A DNA stretch of 62,327 nt, the filler included, from Vermamoeba vermiformis (taxonomy: Eukaryota), in assembly GCA_045837725.1 (NCBI GenBank). It is 8 parts of 8 records of this genome, joined end to end, with 100 filler letters (N's around TTAATTAATTAA, not from the genome) between each part and the next. Parts side by side here need not be neighbours in the genome. Positions count along the whole stretch, not along the records: positions 1 to 23,734 come from JBEWZL010000028.1; 7 more parts are not named here. One strand, 5' to 3'. Below the pieces are notes generated by a model. It did not search any database and was not told where the DNA came from. It saw nothing but the letters and a program-made list of their open reading frames with translations. Shown here piece by piece: positions 1 to 10,717 of the stretch. Numbering within the stretch: the stretch's first letter is position 1; every line of letters begins with the position of its first letter. The translations under genes were made by a program, and so were the position numbers.

Positions 1-60
1 GTTAAATTAGATAAAATGAGATATCTCTCGTTTTATTGAAATTTGCTATGACAAATCGTC

Positions 61-1450
61 TTAGAAAAAACGTGATGAAGGACTATTGTATGGGCCATTG
101 TATGAGGGTGTTCCCGAGTAGTAGTTTGGTGGCACAACATAGTGAGGCTCTTGGCGCATCTGAGGTATTGGTGCTTGTACGACAACAACCTTTTCCTTCT
201 CTTTCGCGTCAGCTTTCACGTGCGACAATATGCGTTGCACAACTTCATCCAATGTCTTGATTGAACTATTGACTGCCTTTATCTCGTCAGACAAAGACTT
301 CAATCGTTCTTCGATGGCAGTATGCTTTGCGTTGGTTGTGTTGTTCAAGAGTACGAGCTGACGAGATGTTTTATCATGCTGTGAACTGATGGTTGCTGAT
401 AAAGCAGAGATATTCTGTCCAATGCTTGCAACATCAGCAAGCAATTCGGTGAGCTGTGGTGAGACCTGATTCGACAGATTGTTGTCTGATTTATGACGCT
501 TACGGGCGCGGTCATCTTCACTATCAGAGTCCTCGCGTGTACGAGATCGAGTGCTTTTTGATGGCAGTTCCGAGTCATCACTGGCTGGTCTTTGTTTCTT
601 TGGGCGTGCAGTAGTTCCGTTGTTGGTCACGTGCTCTCTCCACAATTGTTCAATGTGCATAGGCTCATCGTCGTTGTTTTTATACCCATTATTGGTTACT
701 GATCCTGGTTGAACCAAAGCAAAATGATCTTCACCATCACTGTTGATATGCAGGGCGATTAACGGTTTTGAGGTGGATTTTGCCTTTAAACATGCGGCAA
801 TTGTACACACACCGTATTTCTTTGCAAAGCAATCATCGCCCTTCTCGTGGAACGCCTCTTTGTAGATGAGAGCATCAAATTCAACGTATAAGCGACTCTT
901 GTACTTGATTTGCAGTCCTTGATCGTGGTCGTAAAATTTGTGATCGATGCCTTCATCAATGAGCTTCATGCCTTTGTCTATCCACAATTCTAAATTATGA
1001 TCAGCAATCAAGACAATTATGCTGTGTACAGTTGGTCACCTACGCAGAGTTCTTTCATCGGCTTCACGTTCAGTGGCTTGTGTAGCGTGTGTAGGTGTGG
1101 GCATGTCAAGTCCGTCATCTAGCAATTTATAAGAACAGCGTGGCATCGATAACACTCACCTTCAAAATCATTCACTGCTTCATAGATGTCACGCACAGCA
1201 CTAAAATTGATCTGCTTCATGTGCCCAGTAACGGTAAGCCCCGATGCAACGACAGAGAGCACACGACTATTGCAAGTAGTTAGATCATGTAAATTGATGC
1301 TGAGGGGCGTACCGATCATTATGGTTATGCCAGCTCCATTTCGAAAGACGTAGTATTGATCCCGTTTTGATTGCACCATTTGCAATCTTGTCATTCAGCG
1401 ACTCGTGCAAAATGCACGGTATCATCACATGCGCGTCAGATAATAACAAA
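61..1450 (-). CDS. Multi-exon hypothetical protein: RPA70N-like OB fold at the N-terminus, basic NLS-like region, coiled coil; start not resolved
   Basis: Spliced translation LLLSDAHVMIPCILHESLNDKIANGAIKTGSILRLSKW..DRRVLSVV resembles the RPA1 N-terminal OB fold. ORF 61-1011 has RPKKQR/RKRHK and a heptad stretch. Confidence 0.5.
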
Positions 1451-2148
1451 CTATGAATCATCAGTTAAAATAATAAATGAAAGCAGTAAACAAATGCAAA
1501 TTATCAAGTGTCGAAGTAGTGAAGTAATTTACGTAACGACCCGCCAATAACGGAGATTTAATTTTCATACGTTGCAATAAATTAATTACCAGTAATAATT
1601 ATTAAATATTATTTACAAGGTTGATTTATGAATGAGAACAATAGATATAATTATCTCGTAGTTAATTAATAATATTTACCAATAATGTTTGAGCTTCGAT
1701 CCGGGAGTGGATGGCGGGACAATATCTCGTACTTGCAATGTAATATTATCAATAGACTCCCCTTGATAAATTCGTATAAGAACAGGGTCCAGAGTGGCTG
1801 CCGACATGTGTGGTGTTCAATAACAAAAATAAAATAAACTAAAAACAGAGTTTCAGACCCTGAGAAAACCAACTCGAATTTTATCGTATTTACAATATAT
1901 AACATGATATAAGCACCACAATAGGCACTATATAGGGTCGCAGCTATCTCACTTTGAAGGTAATCAGTTTGGTTAATTTTTTTTTAAATCCAAGCGACCA
2001 GATGTGTTTGGCTATTTAATCGAGTGATTGTATTATGAATAATTACAATAGTAACAGTAATAATATGTGCAATAACACCCATCATTGTAGATAAATTGCT
2101 GAAGCCGTCACGTGCCGATAACGCAATAATTAATTTAATAATTGTCGA

Positions 2149-4486
2149 ATGGACTGGATCTGCGATTTTGACACAACAAAAGTCTTCAATAAGGGTATGG
2201 GCATTTATATCTATCTGCATTTCATTAATATATGTAGATGAAGATGAGACAACAAGCACGAGCGATGATCGGCGGTCGTGGATTTACGAGGTTGATAGCA
2301 ATAAAATTTTTGACGGTACGTATCGTTCTACAATTAGCTGCATTGCTTACACATAATAGATATTAATAGACGAGTATCCTCAATCTATGACCCCTCCCCA
2401 AAACGCACTTACAAATCCGAGACTCGAAAGTTGCGCGTCGCGTCACCATCACGAAAGCAGCTTAAGCTATGTAATTTCAATGAAAAGCTGTTGCAATACA
2501 AGTGCTGCAAACAACTGTGTATGAGGCAATTTAATGTCCAGAAGATTGAACGCTTACGACTGCCATACTCTGAGAAATCTGAGCGCGAAAGGTACGTACC
2601 TCATGTTTCTGCTAAATGCCTGACACGATGGCAGGTCAAGATGGCTACTTGATTCCCTTAATGCGATGAAAGTTGATCAAGGAAGTGACAAGCCTCCGAC
2701 GATTTGTTACAAGCTTGACGGTCTTGAAGTCTGTCAACGCGCTTTCATCAAACTGCTTGGAATCAGTACAAACAAGCTTGCACCTCTGCTACAACAAATC
2801 AAACAAGAGTCTAGTTGCTCTGTCATTCCACATGGTAATGCCCTCAGATTGTATTCATCAGCTCAATTACAGTCGGTGCAAAGTTTTGTGCTCAGCTTGA
2901 TGTCCATATTTTTCGATGAACAACCTGATAGTGATCAATGGCACTGCCCTATTGCGCTTAACAAAAAGCTTCTTTACGCTCAATATGCTTCAGAATTTGA
3001 GGAAACGCATCGCATAGCATCGCTGAGTACTTTCTATACGACAATTTCTCAGTACGCATGGATCAAATTCCCAAAGACTACGCGGTTGGGCAAATGTGAC
3101 GAATGTGTGGAGCTCAGAATGTAAGTTTCTTCCATACTCACAGTGAAGCTAATCTTGCGTAGGAAGTTGCAACAAGCTGCTGCAGTGTCCCAAACTCAAG
3201 TTACCAACGTTCAAAAGCAAGTGGCAAAGCACAACGCATTGCAAAAGTTAGAACGGCTGACATATTCTAACCGAAAGCTAATCGCTAGCTTTTTGATTTG
3301 GCAAATGATATGGGATGGCTATTCAGGGATTTTGATTCCGCACATTGCCTGGTCTCAGTTCCCAAAATCTTGGCTCCGTCTTGCACGTTTGCGATTGCAA
3401 ATATCCGGACTTATCAACCACAACACCAAGCGACGTACTCTGTTTGTCTCAATTGCACAACAGTATAGTCACGACAGCAATTACAGCATCAATCTACTAG
3501 CCATTCACATAGTTTCGCAAATCAGAGATGGTCAGGCTCTGCCACCAACAATGGTATTTCAAAGCGACAACTGCTGGCGAGAGAACAAAAATACCTACGT
3601 TTTTGGCTTTTTTGCGGTTTTGCTGCTCAAAAAGTTTACCAATACCATCTATTTCATTTGCCTTCCTCAAGGACACACTCATACAGACATTGACCAAGAG
3701 AACGTGCCAGTGGCTATTGGACTCAAGTCACATAATCTCCTTACGGGCGACGATGAAGATGTCAAAGAGTACATTAAGAGTTGCTACAATTCGCCGCCAG
3801 AAGTGCGATTGGTAAAAACTATCTATGATTATCGTGGCTGGCTTGCCCCATATCTACCAAAGCTCACTGGGCACACAAAGCCCCATGTTTTTCGATTCAC
3901 TGTCAATGCACAAGGAAGCGTTGTAATGCATTGGCGCAATTACACGGCAACAGATGAGGAGTGGAAAGGGGGTGCAGATGGTGACGATATTGTTATCCTT
4001 CACAATATTCCAGCGGACAAACCAATCAAGATTGAACCAAAGCCAATTGACGACAAAGTGATTGAAGCGACCAGAAAAACTTACGACAAACTATCTGAGG
4101 AACAGCAACAATACTTTGAAGAATTATTCAATGCCGATCAGCCTGCAGAAGACGACACAACTGCAATTGATCTACTAGATATTGAGTTTGACAGCCCAAC
4201 AACAAATTATGAATTGATGTTCTTGCCACCACAGCAGCGTCACCATGACCAGTCCACAACCTCAGTGAAAGTGGTGCACGAGGCAGTGCACCCTGATGTT
4301 GATGCTGTCATACCAGAGACTTATCCAGATGAAGATGAATTAGATGAAAATGACTATGATGCCCCAGTGTTGATACAGCCAGTGACAAGTACTGAGTGGA
4401 TTGCACGTGAATACCGAAATATAAACACAACTGACTATGGAAGAACAAAGCGAAACAAAAAACCAAACAAGCGATATGACGATTGA
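2149..4486 (+). CDS. DDE transposase-like protein (Sola-like / DUF7869-type), 4 introns
   Basis: Motifs KCCKQLC, VCQRAF..LLGIS, KCDEC, IWDG, FQSDNCWRENKN, LPQGHTHTDIDQ, KPHVFRF. Exons join in frame through GT-AG introns from ATG 2149 to TGA 4486. Confidence 0.8.
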
Positions 4487-4583
4487 AGTCAAACAAATAA
4501 AAAATGAGATACCTCTCAATTTATTTAATACAACTTTTTTGGTAATAATACACTCTTTGAACGTGTTGTTGACAATTAAGTAG

Positions 4584-6362
4584 GTGGACATGGACACTAT
4601 TAGCACTAGCAACCTAAATCGTCAATTCTTATTCTGCTTTGATGAGGACAAAGGAAAAGGGCTCAAAAAATACAAAGCCGAGGTAATTATTATTATCGTT
4701 TCTATTATATCCCTCTCTTTCATCATATTTATTATTCTTTTTGCCCAATTCGCCAAATTTCATGTGTCACAAAGTAAAATCGTGTTCACCGTTCACCGCG
4801 TTGATTTAGGTAGTCGCCGAACAAATACAGCAATTCGTTCCCAATATTGATATTCGTCCTATCACTCAAAAAGTGCAGTCCTTGCCGCTGTCAGGCTACG
4901 ATCAATTCACGTGCTTATTTGGCGCTCTCGATAACTCAGGTAATAGGATTAACAGAGCAGTATAGACGTTGAAAACACAGCTAATAACAAGGTCAACCAG
5001 ATGCTAGATATTACATCAATAAAATGAGCCAGTATTTCGGGATCCCGCTAATTGACGGAGGAACCGAAGGAAATATCGGACAAATCACTACTTATGCAAA
5101 GGTAGGCTGGTTTAGAGTATTTCGGTACCTAATCGATAAATAGGGCATCTCTTGTTACGCTTGTGATCCACATCCAGCACCAAAAAAGTTTCCCTATTGT
5201 ACAATCCGAGATAATCCATCAACCATTCAGCATTGCGTCATTTGGGCGAAATTCACTTTTAAGTACGTACAATCTCCCTAATTTTGGCGTTATTGCTGAT
5301 GGATTTTAGTTTAATTTGGAATGAAGAGCTGATCTCAGAAGTTAATTTGACCGAAGCCGACAAACAAGACATTGACTTGAAAAAACTGTCCATGAAGGAC
5401 ACTTTCAGCAAGGTATTTACTCGGTTTAAAAGATTTGGTTTAATATTGACTTGCAGCTGTTCGGCGAACATCTCAGACTGGACAATTACAACCTACAAGG
5501 AGGAGTGGCCATCGATCAATATAGTGCTGGCAGTCTCGAACACAACATATCTGTATTTGCTAGAACGTAAGTGCACTGAGCCACGTGACTCCCTCTGACG
5601 CCATCGCAGATTTGAACAGTTAAATGACAGAGCTCAACACGGCGTCATTCTGTTCGACAAAGATGATCTTGATATGGTTGCATTCACCGCCGCATTGACC
5701 AATATTAGAGCGCATTGTTTTGGTATTCCAATGACCACCATCTTTGAGGTAAAAAGTAAGCCACAGTAACGCATGTCGCAATCTTGGCGGACGCAACAAT
5801 GATAATTGCTTTTGCAGAAATTGCAGGCAACATCATTCCTGCGGGAGCCACGGCCAATTCTACGATTGCAGGACTGATGACATTGCAGTTCATCCGACTG
5901 CTCACTGGTCAAACAATGAACAAGTAAGTACCGTATGTATCGTACTGATCGTTAATACTCACGCCATAGTATAAACAATCAGATTAAACTTGATCGAAGT
6001 ACCGAGCGAAGAGATGAAGATGATTCTCAAGACTGAGTTACCGCGCAAAACTTGTGATGTGTGTGGTGTCAATGTAGTGCGCATCGGAGTTGATGAGCAA
6101 ACGACCACCGTAGCCCAGTTTGTACAACTAGTGCGAGAAACGCGACAAATTGAGCCTTTAATCATGCTACCGTAAGCTTGTATTTGAAGTAGAAGGCAAT
6201 TAGTGACGTTCTTTTAGGGATGCATCGGTTTTGGACCCTTCAGCGACAGATTTGCTGTTCAGTCGCGTCAATTGGAACACGATCATGGACGTGGATGATC
6301 TCGACGCAGATTCATCGTCTGCCGTGCCTTTATTCAAAATCATTCTTTCCAAGATACATTAA
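4584..6362 (+). CDS. UBA2: SUMO-activating enzyme E1 catalytic subunit, UBA2/SAE2-like; 5' part with GxGxxG not found
   Basis: VDMDTISTSNLNRQFLF, ALDN.DAR, IDGGTEG, Zn pair CYAC, catalytic FPYCTIRDNP..HCVIWAK, FDKDD, IAGNIIPA.ATANSTIAG and second Zn pair CDVC. Many short introns; TAA at 6360-6362. Confidence 0.88.
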
Positions 6363-6476
6363 TCAATTCAACAATGAAGTAATAAACTCTCGGCAAGCTC
6401 TTCTGTCTTCTGGCGTCAAATATCGAACGTTGGATTGCACCACTAAGAGCTATTAGAATGACAAGTGTTGATAGAA

Positions 6477-7906
6477 TTACTTACCGTTTTTAATGAGTGC
6501 CAAGGTGGTACTACTGCTCGGTACTATCGTTCTTCCGCCTGTCAGGTCGAGATCGAAAACGATATTATCGGCTACTTGTGAATCCGAGTCTGAATACACA
6601 TCTGACTGCGCCGAGTGCAAAGAAGACTCTGAATCAGACTCTGAATCCGAGAAGGAATCAGATAGGATAATCATGTCAGTAGCTCGTTGTTGAACTTGGA
6701 CCGTTGGCTGGGTTGCCTCTGGACTGCGATTGGTATTATTTACGTTGGTTGCACGGATTGAGCTGTTCGCGATATTCATAGTATTGACATTGTTCATGTT
6801 GTTAGCGTTCGAGTTGTTTGATTGATGCCCGTTGAAGGCATTGACCTGCTTATTAAGATTGATTGCTGGGTTGACAACGTTAGAATTGTTTAGGTTCGCG
6901 TTGTCAGCACTGGTTAAGCTGTTCCTATTGTTCGTATTATTTGTGTTAGGTATCGCTGAATTGCCAATGTTTGAATTGTTTGGGTTCACGGTGACGTTAT
7001 TGTTGTTCATTTTTTTACTCCCGCAGGACCCATCTTTTTCACCCCTGGGCTCTTTGGAGGCACTTTTGCAGGGTTTGGATGGACAATGGGATCTAAAGAA
7101 TTTCGTCGGACATTATTCTTGGCTAGACTCGGACTGGCTGGGTGAATCAAATTATTATTCGGCGCGTTGACCGGGCTGGCACTGCGGGTAACTTGTACGG
7201 GTTGATTGTCTTTGTTTGGAGACCGCTTTAGAACAGAGCGGAAATCAGTCTGGCTAGGACTCGTAGCCGCGCGGTGCATCGGTGGACTGGAGGTTTTCTT
7301 CAATCCACCTGACACCGATGTCAACATTTGCTGATTTAATTGAACAGAGGATCTCAGCCCCCCAATTCTGGGAACGGTAATCACATGCTCGTCGTCGAGA
7401 CCCACTGCCTTCCACTTGCCGTTGGCAGGATTGAATTCGATATTTTCAATGTCATCGATTCGAGGGTTTGTGCATAAGGTGTCCAAAATTCTTTTGAGAG
7501 TTGCATCGCGCACCAAATTATCCTGCGCTCTTATTAAAAAACTTTGCTAAGCGTAGATGACCAATAGTACGTACATGATCCAATTCTTTATTGCAGTTTG
7601 GAATTGGACACACGGACAGATCCACAATTGACTTGAACATGGCTATTGACTACGTAGAGATGGTTAATAATTGTGAATAAATGGATCCAAGCTCCGAAAG
7701 AATTGATCGGATGCCGAAAGAAATTCACTTTTCACTCACTTCTCTGTCAAAGCATTGGATATGCTCGCATAGGTGGCCTTTAACGGGATCTTGCAGTCTG
7801 TCCTTGCTTAAAGGGCAGTAGATCGAAATTAACTCTACATTTCGTTAACGTAATGCTCTTTACATTGCTGCTTATGGACGATCATACCTGTTATCTCAAT
7901 ATTCAT
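6477..7906 (-). CDS. SP-RING (MIZ zinc finger) SUMO E3 ligase, PIAS/Siz-like, with Asn-rich and Ser/acidic tail; 3' end uncertain
   Basis: Spliced MNIEITELISIYCPLSKDRLQDPVKGHLCEHIQCFDRE..VCPIPNCNKRI..LVRDATLKRIL..IEFNPANGKW matches the SP-RING consensus. The tail ORF 6477-7010 is in a different frame. Confidence 0.8.
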
Positions 7907-8056
7907 TTCCGTTACTAGTAAGAGTAGTGTTTGTGGTAACTTGACAGATAATTGAATTAATTTCACAACCTGAAATGACTTCGGAGCGCGGAAGTTCAAG
8001 TTTGTGATTGAAAAAGCGAATTGTTCTATTCTTTCGTGTTAATAAGATTGAATTTA

Positions 8057-9289
8057 TTAATCGGATCGGTACGTTGATAAGATTTGAGAGATGTGTTTAC
8101 GGTAACTGGTAATATCGGCTTGCGTAAAATCAAACGGAGAATTAGAAAGAATGCATTCCAGATATTTCAATAAGAACACTCCGCAATCGTAGCCATTCAT
8201 TTGCTTCGGTGTTGACATGGCGCAGATACTCCATCGAGTCTGGGCTGAGACGCCTAATTCTTTAGTGAAGCATTTTTGAATTTTCTGAAACGGAAACGGT
8301 TAATATTCCCACAAGTCAGTGGAATGATCATTTGGATCTTACTTTTGCCTCTTTTTGAGCGTTAGCGCTCATCGAATCATAGATCTGAATTTGGAACGAA
8401 GCGAGATCTACGACAGCCAACTTCCAGTGTATATTGGACACATTGATAGGTATTATTAAATATTGCGCATGCAGGTAATCTTTCTGAATACAACGATGAG
8501 TGCTGTGGTGCTGCGAGAAGCAGGTCAATTACCTCAGAGAGCCACTCTTTGACGAATTTGTAGCCTTTGTCCGCCAATCCGGTGTAGAAAAACGTCTGAA
8601 AGAAGTAATATGTGTTCGGATTTCCTCCGTTGTGCAGGAATTCGCGCTTCAAATACTCTGAGTACGCGTTGACAATTGAATCGTTGAGAAAGACGCCCTC
8701 CTCAAGTCTCTGCAAGTCAGTCTTGCGCACAGGCACGCCGCCAATGATATTGACGTACAAACTCGGCGCTGACACCGCGGTCGTGCTCACTTGTGTCAAG
8801 TCCAAGTCATAGACAATCGAGTCGTCGAGAGGTTGATCCTCGCTGACCTCGAGTGGCGTGTCTTGGACCGCTTGATTATTCTGATGGATTGGCGCATGTC
8901 TCTTGTTTTCATGCAGAGAAGCAGTTGAAGCAATAACTCTCGCATTCTGGTCCTTCAGCGTGTTTGGCCACGAAGATCCATTGTACGACTGTTGTTGTCG
9001 CTGAGATACCGCTCTTGCGTTGTAATTAAGATCATTTCCTGAATATGACGGTATTAAAGGTCGTTCTACCGATTCTCGTGCCGAATAGTCATATTTAGCG
9101 AGTGGTTTCTTAATCTCGGCGACTGCACCAATTAAAATTAATTAAAAATCAGAAATTCAACATCAAATTTAGGAGAAATGGAAAAAATAATACCTTCGTT
9201 ATCTGCTCCGGTGTCGCACAACGAAAGCTGAGCAGTTGCAGGAAGTTATTACTAGTAACAGACGACTGACTACGTACCCAGCAGCCCAT
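8057..9289 (-). CDS. ULP1: Ulp1/SENP-family (peptidase C48) SUMO protease
   Basis: DLQRLEEGVFLNDSIVNAY, FFQTFFY, IIPINVSNIHWKLAVVD (His), YDSM (Asp), PKQMNGYDCGVFLLKY (Gln/Cys), PFDFTQADI..YR. Exons join in frame. Confidence 0.92.
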
Positions 9290-9418
9290 TTTAGAATAGT
9301 TTCGTTAATATAACAAAGGTTGAGCTGCGCGATGACTCTTGCAGTAACAAAAGAAGAATTGAAATAAATACGAAAATTGAAATTTTATTGAGAATCACAA
9401 CGGCGGAGATTCCTAATT

Positions 9419-10113
9419 TTACAAGAGTGGGTATTGAGCCTTTTGTTTCGTAATGCGTGCGTTGTATTCTGTAATATTACTGAAGCAAAGATCAGATCCA
9501 AACTATCGTGTCAAGTGTCAAAACTTACTTGGTGTAGAGTTCTAACGCGTCTCTATTGGCAGGAGAATAGGGATTTGGATTTTCAAGCAAATCTTGCATT
9601 GCAAGAAGGATCTAAAGGTTCGGTTAGGAGTAAAAAGAATAAAGAGAATGACACTTGCCTGAGAGATACCGACTCCCACGTGCCAATCGTCATTAAATAA
9701 GCTCAAACACACTCTACCTGAGCTAAATACATTCATGTGAAAGAATCCAGGCTTGAAATAAACGACAGGAGCTACGGCAGGATGATTACTACCGAATTGG
9801 ATCGTAAATGTGTATGTTGCTCCTTCCCATGGTGTCTGCGATCAAAAAGTTTTAGCGAAGTATCGTATATATACAAGGGCTATAATTTCTAATTACGTTT
9901 TCAGGGCCGGGAACGCCTGCTTCCCAATGCAACCAATTTTCCTTGCCTCCTTCTTTAATTGGACGTGCGAAGAAGTTGCCAGGTCGATCCTTTGAACGAT
10001 TGTGAGTAATATGATTCGGCGTCTCAGAGTACTGCACCTACCCGAATGCCTCGTCGTTCAAAATTTCTGAAATCTGCCATAAGGCTGCGCACCGAAGGAG
10101 AGAGCTCGGTCAT
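9419..10113 (-). CDS. UBC9: SUMO-conjugating enzyme E2, Ubc9-like, 4 introns (one GC-AG)
   Basis: Spliced: DRPGNFFARPIKEGGKENWLHWEAGVPGPENTPWEGATY..FFHMNVFSSGRVCLSLFNDDW..ISQILLAMQDLLENPNPYSPAN..EYNARI. Aligns by eye along Ubc9, with the catalytic Cys in VCLS. Confidence 0.9.
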
Positions 10114-10259
10114 CTATTCGTTTGTGTCTAATACCTGGTAGTATGTCTAATAAAGTGAAATAATAACTCAATTCGCCAAATTGAAATTTATTTAGTTGGG
10201 GACACGAGATTTTTTGTGACATAACAAAATGAAGAATTGAACTGTTCACAATCGTGAAT

Positions 10260-10611
10260 TCAAAACCCTCCTTCTGTTTCGGCCATTACATGTAACTTTG
10301 CACCATTCGTCATTTGTAACTGAATAAATGGATTAGTTTGATCGAATACGTGAAGAATTGCTTACTTTCTCAGGCGTTTCTGTCATCGCGACTTCTTTTT
10401 TATTGAACACCCACTTAATAGTGCTCGTGTCTTTGCCGAACTTAGCGCAATAAGCTGCTTGAACATCCGTTAAAGGATTTTTACTATTTACTACAACATT
10501 CAAACCATTGCCCATCTGTTCGTCGCGTATTTAGTAATGTCGCTATCAACAGACTTAAGAACGTACCCAATCACGGACGGATATTTTAATATTCTCTCCT
10601 CCTTGTGCCAT
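10260..10611 (-). CDS. Divergent SUMO-like modifier, 84 aa, ending GG-F
   Basis: Exons 10611-10567, 10515-10366 and 10319-10260 give MAQGGENIKISVRDWMGNGLNVVVNSKNPLTDVQAAYCAKFGKDTSTIKWVFNKKEVAMTETPEKLQMTNGAKLHVMAETEGGF. It has the SUMO-type PL..V..AYC and TP..L.M..G patterns and a di-Gly. Confidence 0.85.
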
Positions 10612-10717
10612 TCTTTATCGCAACTTTTGCTTTTGATGTTCCGGTCAAAAATTCGGTTTTTGTGCTTGTGAAATTTGGGCTGGCGAATTCCCTTTCTTTT
10701 AATTTTAATCTTCACTG
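10612..10717. promoter_or_regulatory. Probable bidirectional promoter between the SUMO-like gene and the SP-RING/RING gene
   Basis: 106 bp between two head-to-head ATGs (10611 minus, 10718 plus). Confidence 0.55.

Larger units (their letters stand above)
13..4517. mobile_element. Putative Sola-like (DUF7869-type) DNA transposon unit carrying two divergent genes
   Basis: Contains a DDE-type transposase. Bounded by AAAATGAGATA[T/C]CTCTC at 13-29 and 4501-4517 (16/17 direct match). 18-37 vs 4496-4515 also form a 16/20 inverted repeat starting GAG. No clean target-site duplication seen. Confidence 0.45.

Noticed and set aside
4584-6362. UBA3 (NEDD8 E1) or bacterial ThiF
   Set aside because: FDKDD, AGNIIPA and HCVIWAK match UBA2, and the gene has spliceosomal introns.
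4746-10183. CAATTCGCCAAATT shared by an E1 intron and the Ubc9 upstream region
   Set aside because: Only two full copies, in non-equivalent positions; too weak to call a cassette promoter motif.
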